Origin: Candidatus Levyibacteriota bacterium
GTDB lineage: Bacteria; Patescibacteriota; Microgenomatia; Levybacterales; UBA12049
Direction: 5' to 3'
Length of the DNA: 64,000 bases
Assembly (NCBI GenBank): GCA_049519175.1
Contig: JBEKQZ010000001.1
Location: 463,679-527,678, forward strand
The translations under genes were made by a program, and so were the position numbers. Shown piece after piece: positions 27,540 through 36,624 of the stretch (its first letter is position 1; every line of letters begins with the position of its first letter). The notes below the pieces were generated by a model that was not told the origin of the DNA, did no database searches, and saw only the letters and a list, made by a program, of their open reading frames with translations.

Positions 27540-28566
27540 AATCTTTCATTGCTAAACCTACCGCTATGGTATAATCCGACCCGTTATCTAAAACCGCTTT
27601 CGGTATTTGTTGCGATGCTAAAATTTTCCAGGGATTGGCAATTGCCGTTTCGATACCAGCATTGTTCACAAAGAAAAGTTCTATCCCCGGAAGTTTGGCT
27701 GTGCCGCCGGATAGAATAATTTGTCTAATTGGGGATTCATCCTTGTATTTTTGCGCATAAAAAGCGATTGATTTTTTAATTTCACCCAAAACTGAATTGA
27801 GAATTGGTTCTGTGGCTCTACCAATTTTCCCGCCTAAACTTTTACCGGAAATCCCATATACTCTTTTATATTCCTCCGCCTGTTGGGAGGTTAGCCCGAA
27901 ATCCATCGCAATCGCCCGATTTATCGCCGCTCCTCCTACCGGCATTGAGTACGTAAAAATCATCGAACCGCTTCTGACTATCGCAAATGAAGTGCTGATT
28001 GCACCAATGTTAACCACCAAACTCGTCGGAAAAGTTTGGTCTAGAATTAAAGGTCTGATTGTTGCCAGGATTTCCGTTTCCATCGAATTGATTTGCAAAC
28101 CAGCCAGTTGAATTATTTTTTGATATTTATTGACTAATGCAGTTGGAGCACCAACCATTAGAACCTGCATTTTTTCTCCGGTCGTTGTCACTTGCGGTCT
28201 TTTCAAAACATTCCAAACCAAAGTAATGTTAGTCAGAGGTACCGGAATATATTGCTCCGCTTCCCAATAGATTGCGGATGCAAGCTCTCTGTCCGAAAGA
28301 GTGGGCATTTCCAGAACTTTTGTATAAACCTGATTTTCCGGCAAAGCCACATTAACTAATTTTGCAGTTACTCCGGCGTCCTTGGCGGTTTTAGCGATTG
28401 TCTGAGCCATCTCTTCCTCATCTAAAGGAGACTCCGAAAGCATTCCTTTAGGAGGAACCGGAGAAATTGAAGCAGCTTTTAAAATAAACGCTCCTTTTTG
28501 CCCATCAAGCATTACCAGCTTAAGCGATGTTGCCCCAATATCCAATCCAAAAGATTTTTTATTCAT
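27532..28566 (-). CDS. pilM: type IV pilus assembly ATPase-like protein PilM
   Basis: Actin-like fold motifs (GLDIGATSLKLV...ILSGGTAKLPGI). Confidence 0.8.
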   Translation of the reverse strand: MNKKSFGLDIGATSLKLVMLDGQKGAFILKAASISPVPPKGMLSESPLDEEEMAQTIAKTAKDAGVTAKLVNVALPENQVYTKVLEMPTLSDRELASAIYWEAEQYIPVPLTNITLVWNVLKRPQVTTTGEKMQVLMVGAPTALVNKYQKIIQLAGLQINSMETEILATIRPLILDQTFPTSLVVNIGAISTSFAIVRSGSMIFTYSMPVGGAAINRAIAMDFGLTSQQAEEYKRVYGISGKSLGGKIGRATEPILNSVLGEIKKSIAFYAQKYKDESPIRQIILSGGTAKLPGIELFFVNNAGIETAIANPWKILASQQIPKAVLDNGSDYTIAVGLAMKDYE

Positions 28567-28569
28567 TTT

Positions 28570-29373
28570 TTAAGGCCAGAAAAGACTAAACGGAAAAAGT
28601 TCGGCCGGCACTTCAGGATATCCCTGAAAAACTTCTAATTTTCTGACAACATTAGTGTCGGTTGTCCCGGTCGAGGTGATTAAAGTTCCTTGCGAAGGAA
28701 GCGCGGGATTGCCCGAAACTCCAATATAAGCATTCGCGTAAAGAGGCGTCACTCTTGCCAAAAAACCATTCGTAACTGTTATTGTTCCCGTACTGTTATA
28801 AAGAGTTATTCCGGAAATAGGGTGAAGAGGCGGCGAAGAAGGAACGCTAAAATTATTACTTGAGCGCCGGCCGGAACAAGGATCATAAACGTATCTTGTC
28901 ACCGTCGGGGTCGCCAGGGTGCCCGAAATAATAGCTATCTCCAAAGCGGCGTTGTTACAAGCTGTTGTAGAATTTCCCCAATAAATGTTTAAATTTCCGC
29001 TCCACGAAGTCGTAAAAAGCTGCGCTGGGGGAGGAGAGTAAGGAATTAACCAAATATATGTGGCGTCATCCTGAGAAACTTCATTATTGCCGTTTAAGAG
29101 AAAATCGGAACCGCCGGAAATAGTTTCCGTTGACGTTTGGTAAGTCGTTTGAGCCGAAATGTTAATCGGCTCAGTAATACTCGTGCCGCTTTTTATGGTT
29201 TGTTCAACTCCGGCTTCTGCAGCCGATAAAGCTTTTTGCGAATCAATTTCCTGTTGTGAATTTCTCAAGTTAGTTACACTCCTGGAAACCACTGCTAGTC
29301 CAACGGTTAATACCACTACCATTGCCAAAACCACAACCAAAAGAGCCTGTCCTTCTTGATTCAGGAATTTCAT
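28570..29373 (-). CDS. PilX-like minor pilin/pilus-associated protein
   Basis: An N-terminus like EGQALLVVVLAMVVVLTV and an ...ALSAAEAGVEQ segment, as in the PilX N-domain. Confidence 0.45.
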   Translation of the reverse strand: MKFLNQEGQALLVVVLAMVVVLTVGLAVVSRSVTNLRNSQQEIDSQKALSAAEAGVEQTIKSGTSITEPINISAQTTYQTSTETISGGSDFLLNGNNEVSQDDATYIWLIPYSPPPAQLFTTSWSGNLNIYWGNSTTACNNAALEIAIISGTLATPTVTRYVYDPCSGRRSSNNFSVPSSPPLHPISGITLYNSTGTITVTNGFLARVTPLYANAYIGVSGNPALPSQGTLITSTGTTDTNVVRKLEVFQGYPEVPAELFPFSLFWP

Positions 29374-29423
29374 AAATATCTACTAAATATAGACTAGCAG
29401 CATTTCAAAACCTTTGTCAACGC

Positions 29424-30017
29424 CTAGCGGTTACCGCTATTTCTGATTACAACTGAGGTCTCAAAAGGAATCTCCGCCTGACTCTCCGAAAAATTAGCCG
29501 AAATCGTCGCTTTTAAGTCCAAAAAAATATCGATTTTCGCCGGCGCGGCAGCACTTTCCTGACTGCAATTAAAATAACAGGTTGCGTCCATAGTCGGATC
29601 GACCAAATAATCTAAGGTTCCGGTTGAAGATTGCGAGGCAATTTGCGAATTCGCGCAAGCGAAAGTGGTTATTCCGCCGTCAAAAGATTTAATTTGCAAA
29701 TAGTTATACTGCGTCAGACCGGATTGAGATAACGCGCAGTCGGAAGTATCCGGAGTAGGCTGGGACGTACAATCGGTATAAAATTGAGTCCCGTCACAAC
29801 TTATTCCTTCCAGTTTTTGCGCATAAGTAATCATCCGGGACATTTGCGCTATTGCCGAGTCACCGTTTGCTCTGACATTTTCCGTGGTTGCGCTTTTATT
29901 GCTATCTCTTAAAACCGACGTTAAAATTGACGCAATGATTGTTCCGACTGCCACTAAAACAAATATCACCGCTAAAAGTTCTACTAATGTGTAACCGTTT
30001 TTTGGATATTTTTTCAT
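29424..30017 (-). CDS. type IV pilin-like pseudopilin
   Basis: Prepilin class III N-terminus KNGYTLVELLAVIFVL. Confidence 0.55.
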   Translation of the reverse strand: MKKYPKNGYTLVELLAVIFVLVAVGTIIASILTSVLRDSNKSATTENVRANGDSAIAQMSRMITYAQKLEGISCDGTQFYTDCTSQPTPDTSDCALSQSGLTQYNYLQIKSFDGGITTFACANSQIASQSSTGTLDYLVDPTMDATCYFNCSQESAAAPAKIDIFLDLKATISANFSESQAEIPFETSVVIRNSGNR

Positions 30018-30499
30018 TGTGTTCTATTGATATCCGCTATGCACGTATCAAGCGTAACGTTATGACAATAATAGTTGCTGAGAGCAGGGTCTGCCGAACA
30101 TTTTCCGTCTGTCCATGCCACCGTCACTTCTGCTTGAATATTGTTATTGCATTTTGCAGACGATATAAGTTCAACTTGTCTAAAAAATTTATCCTGGATA
30201 TTCACGCTGTTATCGCTACAATTAGGATCAGTAATATGAGAATAAAAATCCGTCGTTCCTTGTGGAAGACACCAAATGCCCGTGCCCGAATAGGTTGCTG
30301 TATGAGCCCAATCTAGTTGACTTTTCTGCTGAACTATTTGTATTCCTTGTTGGGCGTAGCCCGTCGCCAAGTTTTGATATTCGGCAAAATCCGAATTACT
30401 AACAGCCGTTATCACGGCAACCGTAATTGCCGAAACTACGACTACAGCTGCTCCCAAAGCAACTAGTGCTTCAATTAGGGTTTGTCCTTTTTGATTCAT
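30014..30499 (-). CDS. type IV pilin-like pseudopilin
   Basis: N-terminus KGQTLIEALVALGAAVVV. Confidence 0.55.
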   Translation of the reverse strand: MNQKGQTLIEALVALGAAVVVVSAITVAVITAVSNSDFAEYQNLATGYAQQGIQIVQQKSQLDWAHTATYSGTGIWCLPQGTTDFYSHITDPNCSDNSVNIQDKFFRQVELISSAKCNNNIQAEVTVAWTDGKCSADPALSNYYCHNVTLDTCIADINRTQ

Positions 30500-31071
30500 G
30501 GTGAAACGCTGATATAACCATTCTGCAAATTGATTGTCTTGGTGTTTCCGTAACTTGACAAAGTAATATTATCCCCATCGGAGATAATACCGCCCGATAA
30601 TATCGGGAAAAATACAGACGTAACGTTTGTTTTTATGGTGATATCGGAGGATAGTGTCGTTCGCCATTTGGAGTCAGTGGTAATCGGAGCCGGTTGACCG
30701 TTACTGTTAAGACATTGTATGTATAAAGCGTAATATTTCGGATTTGCGTTGTTAACGATTTGCACACCGTAACCGTGTAGCGTCTGATAATCAAAACATT
30801 GTAAGGTTATACCACTCCTATTTAAGCTTTTAAGTTGCGCTGCCGACAATGATTTTGCCGTATTTAAAGTTTGAACTAAATCGCTGGTAGTTTGGTTTAA
30901 CGCTTGGGAGCGGCTATAACTGACAAAAGAAGCAACCCCAATGGTGGAAAGGATTGCCATAACGGTAAAAACGACTATCAATTCTATCAGAGTAAATCCA
31001 TTTTGAGATTTGCCGCCTCTGGCGAGCCTCGCCGCTGGCGGAAGATTTGAGATTTGAGATTTATTTCTCAT
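30496..31071 (-). CDS. type IV pilin-like pseudopilin
   Basis: QNGFTLIELIVVFTVMAIL after a long basic leader. Confidence 0.6.
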   Translation of the reverse strand: MRNKSQISNLPPAARLARGGKSQNGFTLIELIVVFTVMAILSTIGVASFVSYSRSQALNQTTSDLVQTLNTAKSLSAAQLKSLNRSGITLQCFDYQTLHGYGVQIVNNANPKYYALYIQCLNSNGQPAPITTDSKWRTTLSSDITIKTNVTSVFFPILSGGIISDGDNITLSSYGNTKTINLQNGYISVSP

Positions 31072-31580
31072 GGATTATTAAGCACGAAATATTTTCCGGA
31101 GGTGCAGGTAGGACTTGCATTTGAATAAGGATTAGTTGATATCCCCTGACTGTCTCCGCTATTTTCAAGACAAGCACCAAGAGTGTAAGTAGTCCCAGCG
31201 CTGGATGAGTAATAATAGTTACCACCATTATAATAGCTGCTGCCGCTTGGATCCGTTGGGAGATTTTGCATATAGATTGTTGAACAAGCAGGATTTCCAA
31301 AGCAAGCTGTAGATCCGGTGCATGGAGGAGTATTAGCAGGGCAGGCAAATAGACCTGCTACATTTGATGTTCCACTTGGATAGCTGCCGTTGTCCGACCG
31401 ATAAATTTCCAGAGCTGACTGAATTTGCCGTAAATCCGACTTCCGTTGCGCATCCCTAGCCCTTTGCCTAACTCCGATAAAATTAACCATCAAAAGCGTG
31501 GCTAAAACGCCAATAATCGCTATCACTATCAAAAGCTCTATCAGCGTAAATCCCTTGTTTAAATTTTTAATTTTTTTCAT
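31068..31580 (-). CDS. type IV pilin (PulG/GspG-like major pilin)
   Basis: KGFTLIELLIVIAIIGVLA and RARDAQRKSDLRQIQSALEIY. Confidence 0.75.
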   Translation of the reverse strand: MKKIKNLNKGFTLIELLIVIAIIGVLATLLMVNFIGVRQRARDAQRKSDLRQIQSALEIYRSDNGSYPSGTSNVAGLFACPANTPPCTGSTACFGNPACSTIYMQNLPTDPSGSSYYNGGNYYYSSSAGTTYTLGACLENSGDSQGISTNPYSNASPTCTSGKYFVLNNP

Positions 31581-32077
31581 GGCGTCACGTCCGGACTGGA
31601 AACTCCATAGTTACAATCTCCACCACTACCGCAAGCTGTTTGCATATTAATGCTAGAGTTTGCGGGGGCCGAACATAAACCCCCGCTACAAGCTGCCGGA
31701 TCATTACTCCCTCTATCTAGGCTAGCATAAATATAATAAGATTGCCCAGAGGGCGAATAATAAACATAGTTTTTAGAAGAACTTGGATCTTGTGGTAAAA
31801 CGTCCATATAGGGCTGCCAACTGTTTCCCCAGGAAACTCCGGGAATTTGGTAAGGGGCTGTTGCGACAATCGGATATTTATTATTATCCTGGTAATATAC
31901 TTCCAAAGCTCTTTGTATTTGCGCCAAATCCGATTTACGTCTAACGTCGTTGGCTTTTTGAAATTGTGCTAAAGGATTTAAGACTAATAATGCCCCCACA
32001 GCCAAAATCCCCAAGATTCCGATGACCACTATTAACTCTATTAGCGTAAATCCTTCATTTTTAAATTTAATTTCCAT
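31577..32077 (-). CDS. type IV pilin (paralog)
   Basis: EGFTLIELIVVIGILGILA and RRKSDLAQIQRALEVYY. Confidence 0.75.
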   Translation of the reverse strand: MEIKFKNEGFTLIELIVVIGILGILAVGALLVLNPLAQFQKANDVRRKSDLAQIQRALEVYYQDNNKYPIVATAPYQIPGVSWGNSWQPYMDVLPQDPSSSKNYVYYSPSGQSYYIYASLDRGSNDPAACSGGLCSAPANSSINMQTACGSGGDCNYGVSSPDVTP

Positions 32078-32089
32078 AATCTTATTATA

Positions 32090-32929
32090 TTACGGCGTGC
32101 ACGGATCAACGCAAGGGCCAGTGCCGTTGGGAGGAGGATTACAATAACGATTGTAGTTAATGCTTGTATTGGTAGTTGGAGTTTCAACTCCGCATTGATG
32201 AGTTAACGGGTTATTTGGATAATATGCATATATTGCGTTACTACAATAACAAACAAAGTTAGCGGGTGGATTGTTAACAGGTGGACCAGAAGATGGTGTC
32301 CATATCGGCAACGGCACAATCTGCATTGTAACAATTTGGTTACAAATATTAACACTTATGCTGCCGGAAATCACACAATAGTTATAACCCAAAGATGCAT
32401 AGTTTGCCGGAACACAAGGTTGCCCGGCGGAGTCTTTCATTTGCTCTAAAGGACAGGAGAAGGAATTAGTAGAAGACGGCAAAACTAATTTACCAAACAG
32501 CACATTCCATTGTGGATTATTGTTTATGTCATCAAGATAGGCGTAATTTTTCCAACCCGACGAAACAATCGGGTCGTTAGGAATCGCTTGTATACTCTTA
32601 TCTGCAATAAGGGCTAAGAGAGGCTGAGGAGGATAATTATTGTTATCGTTGTAGTAGCTATCGAGCGCGGTCTGTAGTTGTTTTAAATCGTGCTGACGCT
32701 GCGCGTCCTGGCTTTTCTGGATTTGCGTGATTGGATTAAGAATAACTAAAACAAAAGTAACTAGAACTCCCAATATCATAATTACTACCAAAAGCTCAAC
32801 TAACGTAAAACCAGCAGCAAAAGAAGCTTTACTAGAATTAAATCTCCCCAAAAAAGACAAACCAGCGTTCCTAAAATTAGAAATGGGCCAAAAGGAAGAG
32901 TTGTGTTTTGGAAACTTTTTTTCTTCCAT
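32090..32929 (-). CDS. type IV pilin (paralog; start probably at an internal TTG near 32860)
   Basis: AGFTLVELLVVIMILGVLV and QRQHDLKQLQTALDSYY. The ATG at 32929 gives an unusually long 39-aa leader and a 130-nt overlap with pilD. An AGGAA-N7-TTG at 32860 is the more plausible start. Confidence 0.65.
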   Translation of the reverse strand: MEEKKFPKHNSSFWPISNFRNAGLSFLGRFNSSKASFAAGFTLVELLVVIMILGVLVTFVLVILNPITQIQKSQDAQRQHDLKQLQTALDSYYNDNNNYPPQPLLALIADKSIQAIPNDPIVSSGWKNYAYLDDINNNPQWNVLFGKLVLPSSTNSFSCPLEQMKDSAGQPCVPANYASLGYNYCVISGSISVNICNQIVTMQIVPLPIWTPSSGPPVNNPPANFVCYCSNAIYAYYPNNPLTHQCGVETPTTNTSINYNRYCNPPPNGTGPCVDPCTP

Positions 32930-33579
32930 AAAATAAGTATGATACCCACAATTGCTCCTGTCAAGAAAGCCAGGTATAGAGCAATCACGATATTGGGAAA
33001 ACCTAAAAATAAACCTAAAACAAAAGCCAATTTAATGTCTCCGCCGCCCATCCCGTCTTTCCCCCGAATAAGCTTAAAAACCAAAGAAGTAATTAAGAAA
33101 AAAAAGAACGCTAAAACGCCGCAGGCAAGATTGATGAATAACGATTGCGGATTAAAGAATAGCAGATAGAGAAAAATAATCCCTACAAGTGGGAAAAGAA
33201 TCTTATCCAAAATAAGACCGTATTTAAAATCCATGCAGAAAATAACAATCAAACCGGAAACAATAATCAAATGATAAATTACGGAGATTAATAATTGAGG
33301 ATTTGAAATTGGGAATATGTAAGTCAACACAAACAAAATTCCCGTGGAAACTTCTATTGCCGGATAGAAATAGGGAAGTTGATGCTTGCAATAGCGGCAT
33401 TTGCCTTTAGTGGAAATGAACGACAAAACCGGAATTAAATCTATAGCTTTGAGTTCTTTTTGGCAAAACTCGCAGTGGGAACGACCTTTGATCACGGTTT
33501 CGTTTCTTGGCAATCGGTCAACCAGTACTCCCAAAAATGAACCTAGAAACAGCCCGAGAATAAACAATAATAAAACCAT
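32800..33579 (-). CDS. pilD: prepilin peptidase (A24 family)
   Basis: N-terminal Cys pairs (CEFC...CRYC), polytopic, and the catalytic-Asp region GGGDIKL. Confidence 0.85.
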   Translation of the reverse strand: MVLLLFILGLFLGSFLGVLVDRLPRNETVIKGRSHCEFCQKELKAIDLIPVLSFISTKGKCRYCKHQLPYFYPAIEVSTGILFVLTYIFPISNPQLLISVIYHLIIVSGLIVIFCMDFKYGLILDKILFPLVGIIFLYLLFFNPQSLFINLACGVLAFFFFLITSLVFKLIRGKDGMGGGDIKLAFVLGLFLGFPNIVIALYLAFLTGAIVGIILILWKKKSFQNTTLPFGPFLILGTLVCLFWGDLILVKLLLLLVLR

Positions 33580-33616
33580 TAAAATTAGTATAACAAATTA
33601 AAATACCTTGAGGATT

Positions 33617-34303
33617 CTATCTCGTGCACCAGTAACAAACGCCAGTATGGTTACCCGTCGTTGGAGGAAAAGATGGACAATTAGTGCCAGCGCTGCCGTC
33701 CATATTATATATTGTGTTAGCGTCTTTTAATCCTGACTGAGAAATAGGAAGAAAACAGGCAACAAGAGTGTTAGCGTTAGAAGGACCGGCGTTACCGCCG
33801 CTGCTACCATAATATGAAACATAAATCTTTGACAAAGAACCAACAGCGGTAACAAATGACGCTTCTAGTTCTCGGTCAGCTATAAGCGGAGCGATACAGG
33901 AGGTAACAGTGCAACCAACTCCCGTACTAGCATTACCACCACTGCACAGTGGCATCTCATAAGGTGAAGACGCCTCCTGACCCGTCCCTCCCGTGTCCGT
34001 CTTGCCATTATTTACAGCTTCAGGAGCACAAGCCGCTACGCCGGCACCCCAAGGATAATCACTGTGCGTAGCATAATAGCGGATGTTGGCATCTATATAT
34101 TCCACCATTGTATTCTTAATATTAGCATCCGTGGCTTTATTTAGCTGTTCAAACGGATCGATAGTGGCAACCAAAGCGGCGGCTAAAATTCCTAAGATTC
34201 CGATAACAACCAACAATTCGATGAGGGTAAATCCTTTTTTCTGCTTCAGAAGTTTCTTCAGCTTTTTGAAAAGATTTTTCATGTATATACTAATATTACT
34301 CAT
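33617..34303 (-). CDS. type IV pilin with a Cys-rich C-terminal domain
   Basis: KKGFTLIELLVVIGILGILAA, with multiple Cys in the globular domain. Confidence 0.7.
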   Translation of the reverse strand: MSNISIYMKNLFKKLKKLLKQKKGFTLIELLVVIGILGILAAALVATIDPFEQLNKATDANIKNTMVEYIDANIRYYATHSDYPWGAGVAACAPEAVNNGKTDTGGTGQEASSPYEMPLCSGGNASTGVGCTVTSCIAPLIADRELEASFVTAVGSLSKIYVSYYGSSGGNAGPSNANTLVACFLPISQSGLKDANTIYNMDGSAGTNCPSFPPTTGNHTGVCYWCTR

Positions 34304-34337
34304 ATCTAAAAATAATTGTCAAGCCCCTCGTTTAAAG

Positions 34338-35582
34338 CTACTGGATACTAGAAATTAAACTGTAAATCGGCGTAATAACCGAGATGATTAAAAAAGCCAC
34401 CGCTATTCCCAGAACAATCATAATAAACGGCTCCATCGCGGTGGTTAAAGTTTTGACTCTGCCGTCAACTTCCCGCTCAAAATATTCGGAGGCTTTTCCT
34501 AAAGTTTCATCCATTTTCCCGGTTTGCTCGCCGACTTTAACCAATTGAATTAAAAGGGGAGGGAAGAGGGAATAATAAGACATTGCCTCGCCAACGCTGA
34601 CTCCTTTTTCAACCTGTTTGGAAACTGCCGTAATCGCGTTTCGGTAGTTGACATTACCGGTTGTTTCCGCCGTTTCCAAAAGCGCGTCGACCACCAAAGT
34701 GCCGGTGCCGACCAAAAGTCCCAGGGTTCTACTAAACTCCGCCAAAATACTTTGTTCGACTAGTTTACCAAAAATCGGTAGTTTTAACATAAACGAATCG
34801 ATAATCAATCTTCCATCGGCAGTTTTCGACCACCTTCGATAAAAAAGCAAGAGAACGACAAGCCCACCAAGGATAATCGGCCAGAAAGCCGCCACCAAAT
34901 TGGAAAGGCCAACCACTATTTGAGTCGGCAAGGGCAGCGGCACATTTAAATTTTGATACAAAACATCCAGCTGCGGCATGACAAAAACCATCATAATTAC
35001 AATTACGCCAACCATCATAATCACGACAATCGCCGGATACATTAGCGCTGATGTGACCGTGCTTTTTAGTTTGGATTGTTTTTCCAAATTATCTGCCAGT
35101 CTTAACAAAACCTTGTCCAATAGTCCGGACTGCTCACCGGCTTTAATAATGGAAACGTAAATATGATTAAAAACTTTGGGATATTTTTCGATTGACTGAG
35201 CAAAAGTTTTTCCTTCCTGGACATCGGCAATAATCGAGGTAATAATTTCAATCAGCGACTCGTTTTTGACTTGCTCTTTAAGAATTTCCAGTCCCCGCAT
35301 CAGCGTTAAACCCGAAGTCAGCATTGACGACAACTGTCTAGTAAACATTACCAAATCCGTATTGTTAATTTTGTTAAAAAAGGGAAGCTCAGTCCAAAAT
35401 TGATTATCAATTCTGGTTATGCTAACCGGAGTTAAACCTCTGGCCCGAAGATAACCGGCCGTTTCACCAATATCTTTGGCATCCAATAGGCCTTGGGAGA
35501 TTTTTCCCTCTTTTGTAATTGCTTTATATCTTAACCTCATATTAGCCGACCATACGCAAGAGATCCTCCGGCCGCAGCGCAT
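34338..35582 (-). CDS. pilC: type IV pilus platform protein PilC (GspF family)
   Basis: Two GspF repeats and 3 TM. The likely true start is MRLRYKAI at about 35540, which avoids overlap with pilT. Confidence 0.85.
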   Translation of the reverse strand: MRCGRRISCVWSANMRLRYKAITKEGKISQGLLDAKDIGETAGYLRARGLTPVSITRIDNQFWTELPFFNKINNTDLVMFTRQLSSMLTSGLTLMRGLEILKEQVKNESLIEIITSIIADVQEGKTFAQSIEKYPKVFNHIYVSIIKAGEQSGLLDKVLLRLADNLEKQSKLKSTVTSALMYPAIVVIMMVGVIVIMMVFVMPQLDVLYQNLNVPLPLPTQIVVGLSNLVAAFWPIILGGLVVLLLFYRRWSKTADGRLIIDSFMLKLPIFGKLVEQSILAEFSRTLGLLVGTGTLVVDALLETAETTGNVNYRNAITAVSKQVEKGVSVGEAMSYYSLFPPLLIQLVKVGEQTGKMDETLGKASEYFEREVDGRVKTLTTAMEPFIMIVLGIAVAFLIISVITPIYSLISSIQ

Positions 35583-36624
35583 AAGATTTGGCGGTTTCCA
35601 GACTAATTGTTCCGGACAAAACTAAAGAAGCCAGCGATGACTCAAGCGGAATCATGCCATAGTCTTGGGAAGTTTGGATAATTGAGTCAATCAAATGGGT
35701 TTTGCCGTCCCTAATATTGCTGGCAATTGCTGTAGTTCCTAATAAGACTTCGACGCCCGGAATTCGGCCCCCGTTTAATTGAGGGATTAATCTTTGCGAA
35801 ACCACGCCTTTTAAAGTCGCCGCCAGTTGGGCTCTAATCTGGATTTGTTGGTCGGCCGGAAAAGAATCAATAATTCTATCGACCGTCTGCGAAGCGGAAT
35901 TAGTATGCAGCGTTGAAAAAACCAAATGACCGGTTTCGGCAATGGTCATGGCGGCGGCAATTGTTTCCGGGTCGCGCATTTCGCCGACCAAAACCACGTC
36001 CGGGTCCTCCCGCAAGGCGCTCCTTAAAGCCAGCGGCCAGGAATGGGTATCCAAATCCATTTCTCTTTGCGAAATAATACTCTTGCCGCCCGGGTAAACA
36101 TATTCAATCGGATCTTCAATGGTTAAAATATGCACTGCTTTACCTAAGTTTATTTCATTGATAATTGCCGCTAAAGTGGTCGATTTCCCCTGACCGGTCG
36201 GCCCGGTAACCAGCACAAAACCTTGTTTCAGCTGCGCAAAACTGTGACAAATTTTTGGCAAATGTAATTCTTCAACGGTCCTAATTGTCGGCTGCAAAAA
36301 CCTAAACGCTGCACTTAAAACTCCACGCTGATAATAAAGATTCGTCCTAAATCTGCCCAAATCTCCGTAAGCGCCGCCGCCGAAACCAAACGAAAAATCA
36401 ATTTCTTTATTGTTGACCAATAATTCTTTTTGCTCAGGTTTTAAAATTGAAAAAACCATTGTTTCCACTTCCTGCGGCGAGAGAGGGGGATAGTTAGACA
36501 GATAACGCAGGACGCCATCAATTCTTAAAGCCGGTGAAGTTCCCGGCAGCAAATGCAAATCCGAAGCGTTATTTTTAATTGTAACGTCTAATAATTCGTT
36601 TATTAACATATTATTCTTGAGCAA
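35542..36624 (-). CDS. pilT: type IV pilus retraction ATPase PilT
   Basis: Walker A GPTGQGKSTT, Asp/His boxes, and a length of about 360 aa. Confidence 0.85.
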   Translation of the reverse strand: MLKNNMLINELLDVTIKNNASDLHLLPGTSPALRIDGVLRYLSNYPPLSPQEVETMVFSILKPEQKELLVNNKEIDFSFGFGGGAYGDLGRFRTNLYYQRGVLSAAFRFLQPTIRTVEELHLPKICHSFAQLKQGFVLVTGPTGQGKSTTLAAIINEINLGKAVHILTIEDPIEYVYPGGKSIISQREMDLDTHSWPLALRSALREDPDVVLVGEMRDPETIAAAMTIAETGHLVFSTLHTNSASQTVDRIIDSFPADQQIQIRAQLAATLKGVVSQRLIPQLNGGRIPGVEVLLGTTAIASNIRDGKTHLIDSIIQTSQDYGMIPLESSLASLVLSGTISLETAKSYALRPEDLLRMVG